From NCBI GenBank assembly GCA_002633005.1, contig NMRA01000164.1, positions 307,442 to 371,441 of the forward strand: a stretch of DNA of 64,000 bases, read 5' to 3'. Position 1 is the first letter of the stretch, and each line of letters begins with the position of its first letter. The notes beneath the pieces were generated by a model. That model did not search any database, was not told where the DNA came from, and saw only the letters and a program-made list of their open reading frames with translations. The stretch is from Phoronis australis. Taxonomy: Eukaryota; Animalia; Phoronida. The translations under genes and the position numbers were made by a program. Below are positions 1-10,973 of the stretch, in pieces.

Positions 1-146
1 TATTGGGGAAGCCCATTTAAATATTCGACCACCTCTATGACACACAGACTGAATTTGCACCCTGCCAGAAGTGAAAACGTGGAAGCTGAGCGCTGCACTT
101 CAATATTACAGGTAAAAATATTTTATGTACAAAGCAGTGTCTCAGT

Positions 147-199
147 TAGGCAATGACCATCGCCTCTGTTGGGCCAACAGAGGCGATGGTCATTGCCTA
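147..199. mobile_element. 53-bp perfect palindrome (micro-MITE) with 9-bp target-site duplication
   Basis: Arms TAGGCAATGACCATCGCCTCTGTTGG (147-172) and CCAACAGAGGCGATGGTCATTGCCTA (174-199) are exact reverse complements around a single G. TGTCTCAGT flanks it directly at 138-146 and 200-208. Confidence 0.85.
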
Positions 200-433
200 T
201 GTCTCAGTAGGAGTACATTCATCATATTTGTTATGGTGGCATGTCGCGATTCTCTTGATGCATTTTTACAAGAATTAACGATGTACACTAAGGTATAAAT
301 TATTCCTTGATTTTCGTGTACTATTGGAATTATGTGCATTCGCACATAACGTGCTAATTGTTGCAACGAACACTGCTTATTGCAGTATAACAAGTGTTAA
401 ACATTGTAATCTCAAATTCATTCATTTATAAGG

Positions 434-679
434 ATGCCGGCTTCCCGACCAAAGAAGAATCATGAAAAAGTTCGACGAAAATATCAACGATACGCCAAAC
501 CTCCATACTCCTACGTTGGTATGGTTATAATAGCCATAGAAGCGTCGCCCACGAAAAAGTTGACCCTGTCGCAAATTCTACTTGAACTCCAAAAGATGTT
601 CCCTTTCTTCACGCAAGGCTACACGGGGTGGAAAGATTCTGTAAGGCACAACCTGTCCAACAACGATTGCTTTGTTAAG
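434..679 (+). CDS. FOXH1: Forkhead box protein H (FoxH1-like), exon 1
   Basis: Translation [32 protein letters not shown]...[27 protein letters not shown] is a forkhead domain with the FoxH-type GWKDS(V/I)RHNLS motif. Donor AAG|GTAAGG at 680, phase 0. Confidence 0.9.
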
Positions 680-1215
680 GTAAGGAACAATGTTATTTTT
701 GCCTAAACGTAAGAAGTTTTTGAAAAATTCTAAGATTGATGTTTTTGTTCAAATTGTTATGTCAAGATTTTCCAGATTGAGTTTTGTGTGAATTTATTGA
801 CACCGTCCGTGTTTGTTTGGCTTAACATTAAATGTGATGCTAGAAAATTGTAATACTTCTTTTCTTTTTTTTGTTTTTTGGAAAAAAAGGTATGTAGCAA
901 TTTAAAAATAAAATAAAGTTAGGATCTCAATTGGTAGTTAGCATCCGTAGAAGTTTAATGATAAGCAAGCCACGCTGAAAATTTGTTAGAAATTGTAAAG
1001 ATTTAAAATAATTCTGGTTAATATCAGGCAATTAATATAGTTAATGTCGTCAAATCTCTTCGTCTTAGTCTTAAAATTTTATTTTATGTTATATTTAGTG
1101 GTATACCTGTGTACCTAAGGCTTAAGTGCTAGTTACCTTGAACATTTTAAGCCTGTTTGAAATTGTATTTTAGTTTCTATTAGATTACAATGTTAAACGT
1201 GTTCTGTGTTTTAAG

Positions 1216-1971
1216 GTTTTGCGTGACGAACGTAACACCACAGCGAAAAGAAACTTTTGGTCCGTCGACAGTAAGCGTATTCCGTTCGACGCATTCCGAC
1301 GACAAGAAACTACCATCGCCAGGAATGGAAACTATGCTCAAGATTTACGGGACGAAGCGAGGAGTTATACGGACAAACATGCGGCAGCCTTCTTCGGCGT
1401 AGTACTTCAGGAACACAATGAAAATAAACCTACTCACAACGGACCAGAGTGTTCGTTGGTGACAGCGGAGGAAACGCTGACGAACTGCGACAATTATGTC
1501 GACGTCGTTTCTGTTGATTTCGAGTCTGACACAAGTTACGATGACAGAAAAGTGTTGGAGGAGAGGAACCAACTTACAGAAACCGTAGCAACGCAAACAT
1601 CATTGCCCTTTTCGATAGAGAACATACTGTCGGACAATTTCAAAGGCAAGAAATCAGTTTCGCCCATCATTGATGATCAAGAGATAATCCCCAGCATCCC
1701 ATTATCCTGCACTTGCAATTGTGTGAACATAATGCACAATTACCCGTTTGAAGATTTCTCGAACAATTGCTGCAGGAGCGCTGCCGACTACAGTCTGGGC
1801 CACATTCAGCCTCTCGCCGCGTCTCATTGGGTTCGTCCATTCCAGACTATGCCGCGTGCGATCATGTCGCCTGTAACCGTCCCCAGCCTCTCACCGCCAC
1901 TGTTGTCTCGCACTCGACCATTGTATAATCCGCTTGAACATTTCGCCGACTATGTTCTGGCTTATTCATGA
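1216..1971 (+). CDS. FOXH1: Forkhead box protein H (FoxH1-like), exon 2
   Basis: Acceptor TTTTAAG| at 1215. Continues in frame as VLRDERNTTAKRNFWSVDSKRIPFDAFRRQET, which resembles the FoxH1 KGNFW.VD...IP..A.R.Q.T wing. eh1 motif FSIENIL at 1609-1629. Stop TGA at 1969-1971. Spliced protein is about 333 aa. Confidence 0.88.
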   Translation, partial: VLRDERNTTAKRNFWSVDSKRIPFDAFRRQETTIARNGNYAQDLRDEARSYTDKHAAAFFGVVLQEHNENKPTHNGPECSLVTAEETLTNCDNYVDVVSVDFESDTSYDDRKVLEERNQLTETVATQTSLPFSIENILSDNFKGKKSVSPIIDDQEIIPSIPLSCTCNCVNIMHNYPFEDFSNNCCRSAADYSLGHIQPLAASHWVRPFQTMPRAIMSPVTVPSLSPPLLSRTRPLYNPLEHFADYVLAYS

Positions 1972-2259
1972 ACCATCCGATGCTACAGTATTTGAACAAT
2001 AAACAGAATACATGTGCATATTTGTCGTTAATTAGATGTTGGTGATCTTCATATGTGTATTTGGCCTTTTTCTGTTATGTGAATTCCGCGTGCCAATGTT
2101 CTGTAAAGATAGTTAAGTGTATTTTTGTTAGAAAAAATATTATCATTGGAAGGCACATGTGTTGTTAACATTGATAGATGTTTTGTTGTGAATTTAAACT
2201 AAAAATCCTGTATGTATGTATACCTGTTTGATGTACACGCTAACAAGTCGAGCGCTTAG

Positions 2260-2708
2260 TTAAGGTTATGTCAGACCTAATGGAGAAATCAGTAGAAATA
2301 GCCAAATACTTTAAAAACCAATTTTTTTTACTTATTACTAATCCGCCATTAAGTCGCATTACTATTAAGTAAAATTTAGCAAAAGAGAAAACTAATTCGT
2401 GAAATGATGAAATTTCCTTTGATTTAAGTGTCCAAGATGAAACCAATAAAACGCTATTATCGTTTTTTTAAATTATCATTTCGTTTTCATGTTATCAAAC
2501 TCAGAAATCTTAAAAGTCCAATTGTTGATACACCTTCACACTAAAGTGGAACATTTCAAATACAATTTCTTAATAGCGTTCTGGGGAGCAGTGCTTTAAG
2601 AATAACAATTCTGAGAATTTTCAGATAAATCCGATGAGCCATTTTTGAAAGATGATGTTCTAAAGTAAGTCAAATTTGAATATTTTCTAATGTGCTACAT
2701 AACCCTAA
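2260..2708 (+). mobile_element. Non-autonomous DNA transposon (TTAA-flanked, Kolobok/piggyBac-type MITE), family copy A
   Basis: Begins TTAA-GGTTATGTCAGACC and ends CTACATAAACC-CTAA. Internal blocks (e.g. AATCCGATGAGCCATT...GATGTTC...AAATTTGAA) recur at ~3006-3470, 10974-11508 (reverse), ~19548-19990 (reverse) and 37556-38093. Confidence 0.6.
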
Positions 2709-3005
2709 CTCTGTATAAACGCGCTTGAGGCGGTCTCTGAGCAATTAGTATAACTGGACGTAATTAAACTTATTTTGAATAAAATCGCTGATGATTGTTT
2801 ATTCTGTTAACGAGCGTGTTTGTTAAGCAGATTTATTTATATAATGTATGAAATACACTAATTTTTGTATATTAACATTCAGTTTTATGAATCGCCGTAC
2901 ATTTGGGTAAGAAAGTCGGTGCTACTCTGGATTACCCAGTTTTTAGTAAAGTGTTCCCAAATAAGTTTGAAATCGTCAAGCATAAATAATTTGCCGATAC
3001 CCCTA

Positions 3006-3470
3006 TTAAGACCATATTGACAAGTCAGTGTATATGGTCAAATATGTACAGAACTATCAATTTTACTCAGTAAAAGTACGCATTTTCTGAAACCAAAAAG
3101 TCAGTAAAATCTGAGTTTTATCTTATACACTTAATTCCTCTGAGCCTTTTTAGAAAATTTTACAAAAAAAAAGATTAATTCATAGCAAAGCAACGGTGTT
3201 AATAGCACCAATTTTCGTTTGATGTTAATTCAAGATTAAATCTTAAAACGCTCTGACAATTTTTTAAATGATAATTTCGTTTTCACGTTATTCAACTTGC
3301 TAGTTTTTCATATAAATCATAAAAGTCCTTGGTACCCCTTCATGTAAAAGAGAACATTTTAAATTAATTCGTAACTGTGAGTTGGAAAGTTCTATGAATC
3401 CGATCAGCCATTTCGGAGATGTGATGTTCCTAAGACAGTTAAATTTGAACATTTTTTAGGGTACTATATT
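3006..3470 (+). mobile_element. Same MITE family, degraded copy B
   Basis: Colinear similarity to 2260-2708 (TTTCGTTTTCA.GTTAT, AAAAGTCC, AATCCGATCAGCCATTT, AAATTTGAACATTTT). Confidence 0.5.
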
Positions 3471-4879
3471 ACCGGAAATAAGAAATTGTGAACGGAAAAA
3501 GCACAACCTCCCGGCTTTCCAGTAATGATTGTGCAAATTACAGTCAAACTGACTTTGTTTCACTGCATGCTAGCCTTGGAGAGATAACTTGCGGAGTTGC
3601 CGGATGAGTTAGCTTGCCCTTTCTAAAGCCCTTTGTGTTTTAAACACTTAGCATATTCACCATGGCCTAGCGTGGTAAAGAAAACATCGAGGGCCGATTT
3701 TGCAAGGATAAGTGGCCTAATTCATTTTTTTCCAAATGACCATATAAGTGGAAATGCAGGTTTAATGTCCCAAAAAAGATCCCGAATTTGATACTTTTAC
3801 TAACTGCTACCCTTCTTACAAAATCTAACGTGTTGAATGAACAAATAACGGGATATTCTGCAGCGCTGTTCGTAGATTAGTTCCTTTCTGACATGATGAC
3901 TTAACTTAAACATAGGGCTGGTTTGTAAGGAGACTTCTTTCTATGAAAATGCATTCATTGATACAAGCGCAGACCCTAGATCACCACTAAAGGGAGCTCT
4001 GATAATGTACGATCGTAGTGAACACTTAACAATCACATGAAAGAAAAATGTTTGGGTTGGGAAACACCCTGTGGTAACTCGAGTTAAACCATTCCACCTC
4101 TCAACTGATGCCTTTGATATTATTTTGATAAATATATTAGCTATTACCGGGCTAGTTTTAAATTGGCGATAAAACTTAGGACATAATATTAATACATCGG
4201 ACTATTAAAACCGAGAGGGTGGTTCGGGGCTATATACATTGGTTGGCGGGGGAGGGCATTTTCGACGGGGAGAGGCATCTGGGAAGTTCGGAAAGATTCT
4301 TGATCAGTTCAATCTTATATTAATTTTAAGAATCACTGCCAAAGGTTTAAAAGCTTGCAACAGTGCAACAGAAGTCAAGTCGTGAAAAATAGATCTTTTG
4401 GATTTTTTTTTAAATAATGTTCAATGACTGGAAAATGTACCCTCTCATATGGCAGTAATTTTTCATGAAAGTCGCCCTTTCTGAGAAAAACTGGTCGCAA
4501 AACAGTCACCCTCAGAGTGGCAAATCCCATATGCTTCTGGGTTACCCCTGGAAGCTTGAAAAGACTGTTCACTAAAGGATACCATAAATATCCTTCATTG
4601 TGGCAGTGGACAAGGGAGGAACGACTCTCTCCCACAAACTAGTTAGGGGGACACACTTGATCATCAATGGGAAAATGTCAACCTGCTTTGAAAAGTTGTC
4701 AAGTTAATATTAAAGTATTAAATGTTTAGGCAAATTAAGCCAATGATATTTTAATATCTAGGTCAGACTTGGGATGACAAATTGTGTAGCAATTAAGCTA
4801 GGGTAGTCAATAAGGACACTAACATGAAAATAACCCTAAGCCATTACTCACAGCCAGAAATACTTATTCTATCACAATA

Positions 4880-7800
4880 TAACAAAAGCAAAGGTTTTAT
4901 TGAATATGAGTTTTATTTAGGCTACGCCCTCTAAATAGAATGTTATCTGTACATATATAAAATCAAAAGAACCGTGTTTGGAAAGCCAAAACAAGTGACA
5001 TAGATGAGAACCTATTGTAACAACACAAGATAGTAATGATCAATTGAAGACCCAATGATCAGGATTTGCAACAAATCACTGATGTGGACATGTTAATGCC
5101 ACAGACTAACACTATGTGGCAGCACTTAACAGCAACACAATCACGAGAGACACCTGGTGACTAGCAAAAGAAAAACATGGAATGGCACTTGGTGGCTCTC
5201 ACACTGACTTTCAGTCATAATATACCGTAACCAAGTTAGTACGAACAATTCTATAAAAATAACATGCTTTGCATCTAGCATGCATTAGCAATAGCCCGAG
5301 TGAGTCAGCAATAATTATGTACAAGTATGCAAAGCCAAAACCTCCAACGCAAAAGTATCACAAAAATTTCATGGAAGAGAACTAAAAACACAGTGTACAG
5401 TGACTGTTATGACCAGGACAATGACAAAACCGTGATTCAGCAATCTACAACACGTTGATGACGATGTCTGACTAGAGCCGAAAGTGGGACAAAAAGTCCT
5501 CAATACTTGATATGACCACTATAATGAGCCACAACCCTCACCTGTACAGAAAGCTTAGAAATATATTTTCCCACGCATAACAATTAACAATGACATCACA
5601 AATCTTGCAATTGCAATGTAGAGTACAAGTATACATGCCACATCAACTGGATTTCAACCCCAAAGCTGACCTGTCTGCTGTATACAATGTTTCACTATAC
5701 ATATTGTCACCTGATCGCACAACCTACAAAACTATTATCTACAATGGCAAAGTCTACGACTATTTCTTACAGACATTCTAACATAGTTAAATTGAGCCTC
5801 TCTATTGTGATCACTCGCATTAATGGGCAGTGTCCATTACCCACAATCATAATAAGTCAAGACCAGACACCGAAGCGAGCAAATAACGCTATTTGGAAAA
5901 TGTTGAAAAGCCAACTCGCCAAATTACAAAAACCTTTAAAAGATTTTCAAACCCAGAGGTTTTTAAAGGAGGCGTGTGCGTCACTTTATACAGACATTAT
6001 GGAAACACCACAGCATGACTCAAGTGTCTGCACACAATGCTTCAATGAGAATTCCAGCATCACCTAAAACGAAGTCCCTTGATAACTGCATCACAAATGA
6101 GATGGGCTTCCACAGATCCTAATAACAAACAGCACAGGTTCAAATACACATATACAAGCATCATACATTAACAAGAGTGTGTGCGAAATTAGGCCAACTG
6201 CAGAAGTTATCACAGTACAAGACAAAAGTAATCAGACAAAATACTGTTTCCCGTTATCACAGCTACTATGGTTAACAGTAAAAGTAACTGGTAATAACTA
6301 TTATGGGGACAAGATCATAATTAAACAACAGCTTAACCACCTTATTAACTTTCCTGTTCATTCAGCTTCATTCTGACGATGAATTTGGCTTCTGCCCAGC
6401 TGTCATGACAGAGAATTCTGGCTCATTTTGTCTGAATACTTTTGGCATGTACTGTAGTTACAGAGTTGCTAATAACATGCTCTTCACAACACTGTACCTC
6501 CCAACATTGCCTCAACAATATACAACCTGATCTTTTGTTTTTCTTATCTATGCACAATTCCTAAAACATATATACACCAATAAATCCACTCAGCAAAAGC
6601 ATGGGACCTAATACATAACCTAAAAATGCGATGTTTCACCGTTTTCTTCTCTTTCCTCCCCCATGATTACTATAAACTTTTCAATAAAGGAACAGCAGAA
6701 TTTCAGTAACAACAGAATCTACTCACTTCAGTGGTTCGTTATCACAGTAAGAGAAAAGACGCTGTATTGTACAGGACTCACTTTACAAGTGACCACATTC
6801 GCGTTGAGCTAATCTTTCATATCTGAACGTCGCACATGAAGTCACAGGACGACATAAAAACGGAGCCCATTAAATTTTTTCATTAATTCTACATAAATCC
6901 ATTAATTCTTTTCAAATTTTCTAAATTTAAAATTCAGTCTATGGGTGACATTTCCGCACAGTTTTAATGATACGAGTCCGTTTATATTGAATTTCTTTTC
7001 AAAAGCATTAGAATTTTACAAAAAAATTGTTGGGTTCACTTTTTCTCATCCTGCAATTCATACATGGCATCAACTAGCACAGGCAACAAAGAAAAAAATC
7101 AAAATACAAAATGGCTGCTGTAGCAAAATTGCATATACAAACACGCGCTAGCAAATATAATTCGCATAACACTAGTCACGCAATGGGAATATACCAGTTA
7201 TAAAATTTTGTTAATGGCGTTATATAACAAAATGTTAGAGAAAACAAAATTCGGCTTGAAGTTAGTAAATAACAAGTACGGTAACACCAGAGAATAGTAG
7301 GCCTAAGGCCGGTGCAGAGAGTGACTTAAAACACCTTGAACCTTTAAATATGCTAATTAATCCAGCAAAAGTATGATCGTTTTTTTCAAATTCTCCTTAT
7401 TTTTTTATTTAAAGTTCAGTCAATGGATCTTTCCACAAAGATTTTACTACACTAACAAGAGAGAGAGAGAATATGCAATGATTACCTAGTTCTTTCCAAA
7501 GAGAATTAGAATTCAGAATTTTAGCCAATTTTTTGGGGTTTCGTTATTTGGTTTACCCTGTAAAATGTGTTTAACATCACTCAGGTTCGTGGATAACTTT
7601 AGATTAAGCAAGGAATTATCCCTAGTCTACCCCTCAATAACCACCTCAATTATTATGCACTAAACCCTATAAATCCAATATCACAATTCCATTAACCACC
7701 GTGTATAAAAGTAACACAATACGAAATCTACTTCTACTACTGCTACAACTAGTATCAATACCATATATACACATTATTAGCGTTGATATCTTCTTGCACT

Positions 7801-7949
7801 CAATCATATACCACAGCCTTACTTAACCAGGGTCAACAACTTATTCGGCCTCATCACAGGCTTGCCAAAACTGATATTTCATATTCTGTTTATGTCACGT
7901 GACGAGCAAACCCCAATGCTACCATGGATCATATGTGCAGCAGTTGGGA
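4880..7949 (-). other. Putative ~3.1-kb 3'UTR of the ZFHX gene with multiple miRNA seed and Pumilio sites
   Basis: Lies between the stop codon (7950) and the poly(A) signals. No obvious transposon relics seen. Contains three CTGTGATA K-boxes, a TCTAGTCA site and three TGTAHATA elements, all in sense orientation. Confidence 0.6.
4896..4917 (-). terminator. Probable ZFHX polyadenylation signals
   Basis: Two AATAAA on the minus strand (plus TTTATT at 4896-4901 and 4912-4917), followed on minus by a U/GU-rich tract (TTTGCTTTTGTTATATTGTG). Confidence 0.5.
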
Positions 7950-8464
7950 CTACTCAGACTTCACCTTCTTTGCCGGGGGTTCCTCAGCCTCTTGCTCGCC
8001 AGAGCAATGACCGTTGTGCTTGGTCACACGTGACTTATGCACATCACTGCTGCAATGCAGCTTGTACTCCTGCAGTGTGTTAAAACTCTCGCTACACGCA
8101 CTGCACTTGTATTGAATCTGTTCCAGCTTAACCATGCATTTCTCGACCGGTACCGTCGACTTGCCGATGAAGCACTGTATCTTCTGGTGCGAGACGCATG
8201 CCTCACGAACAGGAAACACCATAGTACACTTTTTACAGACATAGCCCACGTCGACGGTGTTTTCGGCCGCGCACTTGTAATCTTTCTCACTAACCGCTGT
8301 TTTGAGCTCGGACAAAGACTTGCTGTCTTGCGTGTACTGGGCATTGGTCGAGTCGGGATCCGCCAATCGGAGACCTACATCACGAATGGCCTGCTGGGGA
8401 ATCTGTAGCAGGGTCAGCGGAGTGCCAAAGGTCGTGGGGTCATATGGAAACATGGTCTCTGCTC
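7950..8464 (-). CDS. ZFHX3/4: Zinc finger homeobox protein ZFHX3/4-like (zfh2), last coding exon (7)
   Basis: Acceptor TTTCAG| at 8465, phase 1. Encodes GAETMFPYDPTTFGTPL..., two zinc fingers (CKKC..H..C, CSAC..HCSSDVH) and ends EEPPAKKVKSE*. Confidence 0.9.
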
Positions 8465-8539
8465 CTGAAATTGTAGAAAATTTACATAAATAAAAAACAC
8501 CACGTTATAGGGACTGAAAGTGTGACATCACCGTACTGG

Positions 8540-8913
8540 GGTTAGTCTAGAATCTCCTCGACTGCAGATTCTGCCACCTTGGTTTAACTCTTGCCACTTC
8601 CCTATAGGAAAATACATTGGGACAGAAGTTGTAAATAGGTTTAGAACACACGTGGTTAATATGCTAATCTGTATGATTCACAGATGCTGCGGCATGAGTT
8701 CCAGGTTTAAAAAGTTATTTTTGTTGAATTTCTTCAGTTTGAACAAACGCGTTAGTGTAATTGAATAGGCCACTGCCCAAGTTTTTGTCTCCAATTTGGA
8801 GTAGTTGCGTAATCACTTTCCGTTCCAATTCTTCTTACATAATGACAACAGGAAATCAAGAAACTATTGTCCATTTATTGTAACCTTGCATACAGTTTAT
8901 AACAGTCGACTAA
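8540..8913 (+). mobile_element. Interspersed repeat (MITE-like), second copy at ~58940-59220
   Basis: Shared blocks CACTT.CCTAT.GGAAA.TACATTGGG.CA.AAGTTGTAA, AGATGCTGC, TCTCCAATT..GGAGTA and CGTAATCACTTTCC occur in both copies. Confidence 0.5.
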
Positions 8914-9146
8914 TCCTTAACTCGCAATAATCTAAAACCACGTTAACACTGACCAAATCCCCTGATTGGTGAAAAGTACCTGCATAAAAACAAAGGGTGA
9001 CTATCGGTTCCTGGTATTACTACAGTACTGAAGATGACAGTACATAAGATACCAGCAATGAAAATGACACAGTGGCAATCTTGATACTTTAATCGAGGAC
9101 AATTGTGGTAAGAAATTTGTCAGAATCTAAATAAAATCATTTTTAC

Positions 9147-9323
9147 CTGGAAACAGACCAGGCTGCATGAAGGGCAACCCCACCCCGGGGTACATGCCAG
9201 GCATGCTAGGATACATGAAGGGTAACATGGCCATCGCCGAAGGATCCATGCCAGGAAAGAATCCACCGAAGGGTGACATTAGCTGAGGGTTGGACAGACT
9301 GTCAGGGTTGGGTTCCTTCTTGC
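9147..9323 (-). CDS. ZFHX3/4: ZFHX3/4-like coding exon 6 (Pro/Met/Gly-rich)
   Basis: Acceptor GTTGCAG| at 9324 and donor CAG|GTAAAA at 9146. 177 nt, phase 1-1. Encodes GKKEPNPDSLSNPQLMSPFGGFFPGMDPSAMAMLPFMYP... Confidence 0.85.
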
Positions 9324-9350
9324 CTGCAACAGAACCAACAAAATTGAAGA

Positions 9351-9685
9351 ATTTTACAGACAAAATACCAAACATTGCCAGTTTTACAGACAAAATACCA
9401 AACATTGCCAGTTTTACAGACAAAATACCAAACATTGCCAGTTTTACAGACAAAATACCAAACATTGCCAGTTTTACAGACAAAATACCAAACATTGTCA
9501 GTTTTACAGACAAAATACCAAACATTGCCAGTTTTACAGACAAAATACCAAAAATTGCCAGTTTTACAGACAAAATACCAAAAATTGCCAGTTTTACAGA
9601 CAAAATACTAAAAATTGCCAGTTTTACAGACAAAATACCAAAAATTGCCAGTTTTACAGACAAAATACTAAAAATTGCCAGTTTT
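9351..9685. repeat. 30-bp minisatellite, 11 copies
   Basis: Unit GTTTTACAGACAAAATACCAAA(C/A)ATTGCCA repeats every 30 nt from 9351 to 9680. Confidence 0.97.
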
Positions 9686-10794
9686 CTCAATGGCACGACA
9701 TTGGTCTCATTCTCTTCGGGAAGCAATTAACACAAAAAAAAAACACAAAATTCCCCTTGCTCGGGCAAAATGATTCCTTGAATGCAATCAGAAATTTTCT
9801 TGGGGTTATAACATCCTGGAAATCACAAAATCAATTTCAACTCACTCAAACGTTTAGCCATAGAAAGATCTATTTCTGCAGAGATAATGATGTTCAACTA
9901 GCAAAATGTCCCTTATAGCAGAGAAATGTCATCAAAACTCCTCATTCCGAAGTTAAAGGCATTTTTTGCATCAGTGAGCAAAGGCCCTAACTGTAACGGT
10001 ACTCTGCATTCCTCTAAAACATGATTAGAAACGGAGTCCATTCCACGTACTTTGTGAATAGATAACAACAACGGATGCAGAAAACACTCCACAATATCGG
10101 AAACACTGTAACAAGTTCTTTCAGTAAGAAGCAGAACCATTACAGACAGCATTATCAATATCTTCCACAGTAACTTTCTGAAGTGTGATAATTGGACTGG
10201 TAATCAGCGTGGGTGATGCGACACCGCCGGGAATGCTTACTAATACACCAGAGTGTTATCAGCATTTTTTAATAAATTTATTGAAAACACAAAAACAATG
10301 TACAATAGACAAAGGACACGCACATCACACCCACGTCAACGCACTTTGAGACCTGACCACAAATTTAGAACCCGTGTATACTTAAGAAAACAAAAGAGCC
10401 AATGAGGACCATTTATCGTTAAATTTTTCACATCTCCTGAAATAGATATATTTCCACTTGAATTAACTTGAATAACTCTTTGAAAAATTCAATTGCGGGA
10501 GAAGCATTCCTGAGTGTTTGTCAGTAGATGTGATATTTTCCAAGAAATATAAGTAAATTAATTGTATCCGATTCATGTAATTTGCCAAAGAAAACGTCTG
10601 TTGACGAGATATTAAGAATAGATTGTATTTTAGCAATTAATGACTGACTGCAGACTATAAAATATTGGTTGTAATAGAATCCCATTATTTTGCAGCAAGG
10701 TAACCAGCCTATGAAAAACAGAAATGAGTGAAGAATTACTGTAACAAAATACCCTATAACCCTATACAAAGACCAAACAAATGAAATCTGTTAC

Positions 10795-10869
10795 CATGTG
10801 AACGGGCCTCTGTCTTTGATTCCTTCTTGGCTGGTGGTTCTGTATTATCTTTCTTTCTACTCAAAGAAG
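10795..10869 (-). CDS. ZFHX3/4: ZFHX3/4-like coding exon 5 (75-nt exon, not in ORF track)
   Basis: Acceptor TTTCCTTTTCCAG| at 10870 and donor ATG|GTAACA at 10794. Phase 1-1 and open: (A)SLSRKKDNTEPPAKKESKTEARSH(G). Confidence 0.75.
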
Positions 10870-10973
10870 CTGGAAAAGGAAAGTCGATAAGAATGATTTG
10901 CTCCAGTGAATGCATAGACCAGTTGAAAATGAGATAGAAAAACTTCGAGGTTTACTGTCAAAGAATTCCTGAC

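Noticed and set aside
386-423. TATA-like TATAA plus Inr-like TCATTC before FoxH
   Set aside because: Spacing is slightly long, it would leave a ~14-nt 5'UTR, and such motifs are common in AT-rich DNA.
9026-9075. CTGAAGA-T-GAC...GAAA hammerhead-like string
   Set aside because: No stem II pairing or valid cleavage site.
9351-9685. CRISPR-like appearance of the 30-bp array
   Set aside because: Units are contiguous with no unique spacers, there are no cas genes, and the context is a eukaryotic intron.
9127-9730. Repeat-protein ORFs on both strands (LAIFGILSVK / FTDKIPNIAS repeats)
   Set aside because: Artefact of a stop-free 30-bp minisatellite. Only 9147-9323 is bounded by splice sites.
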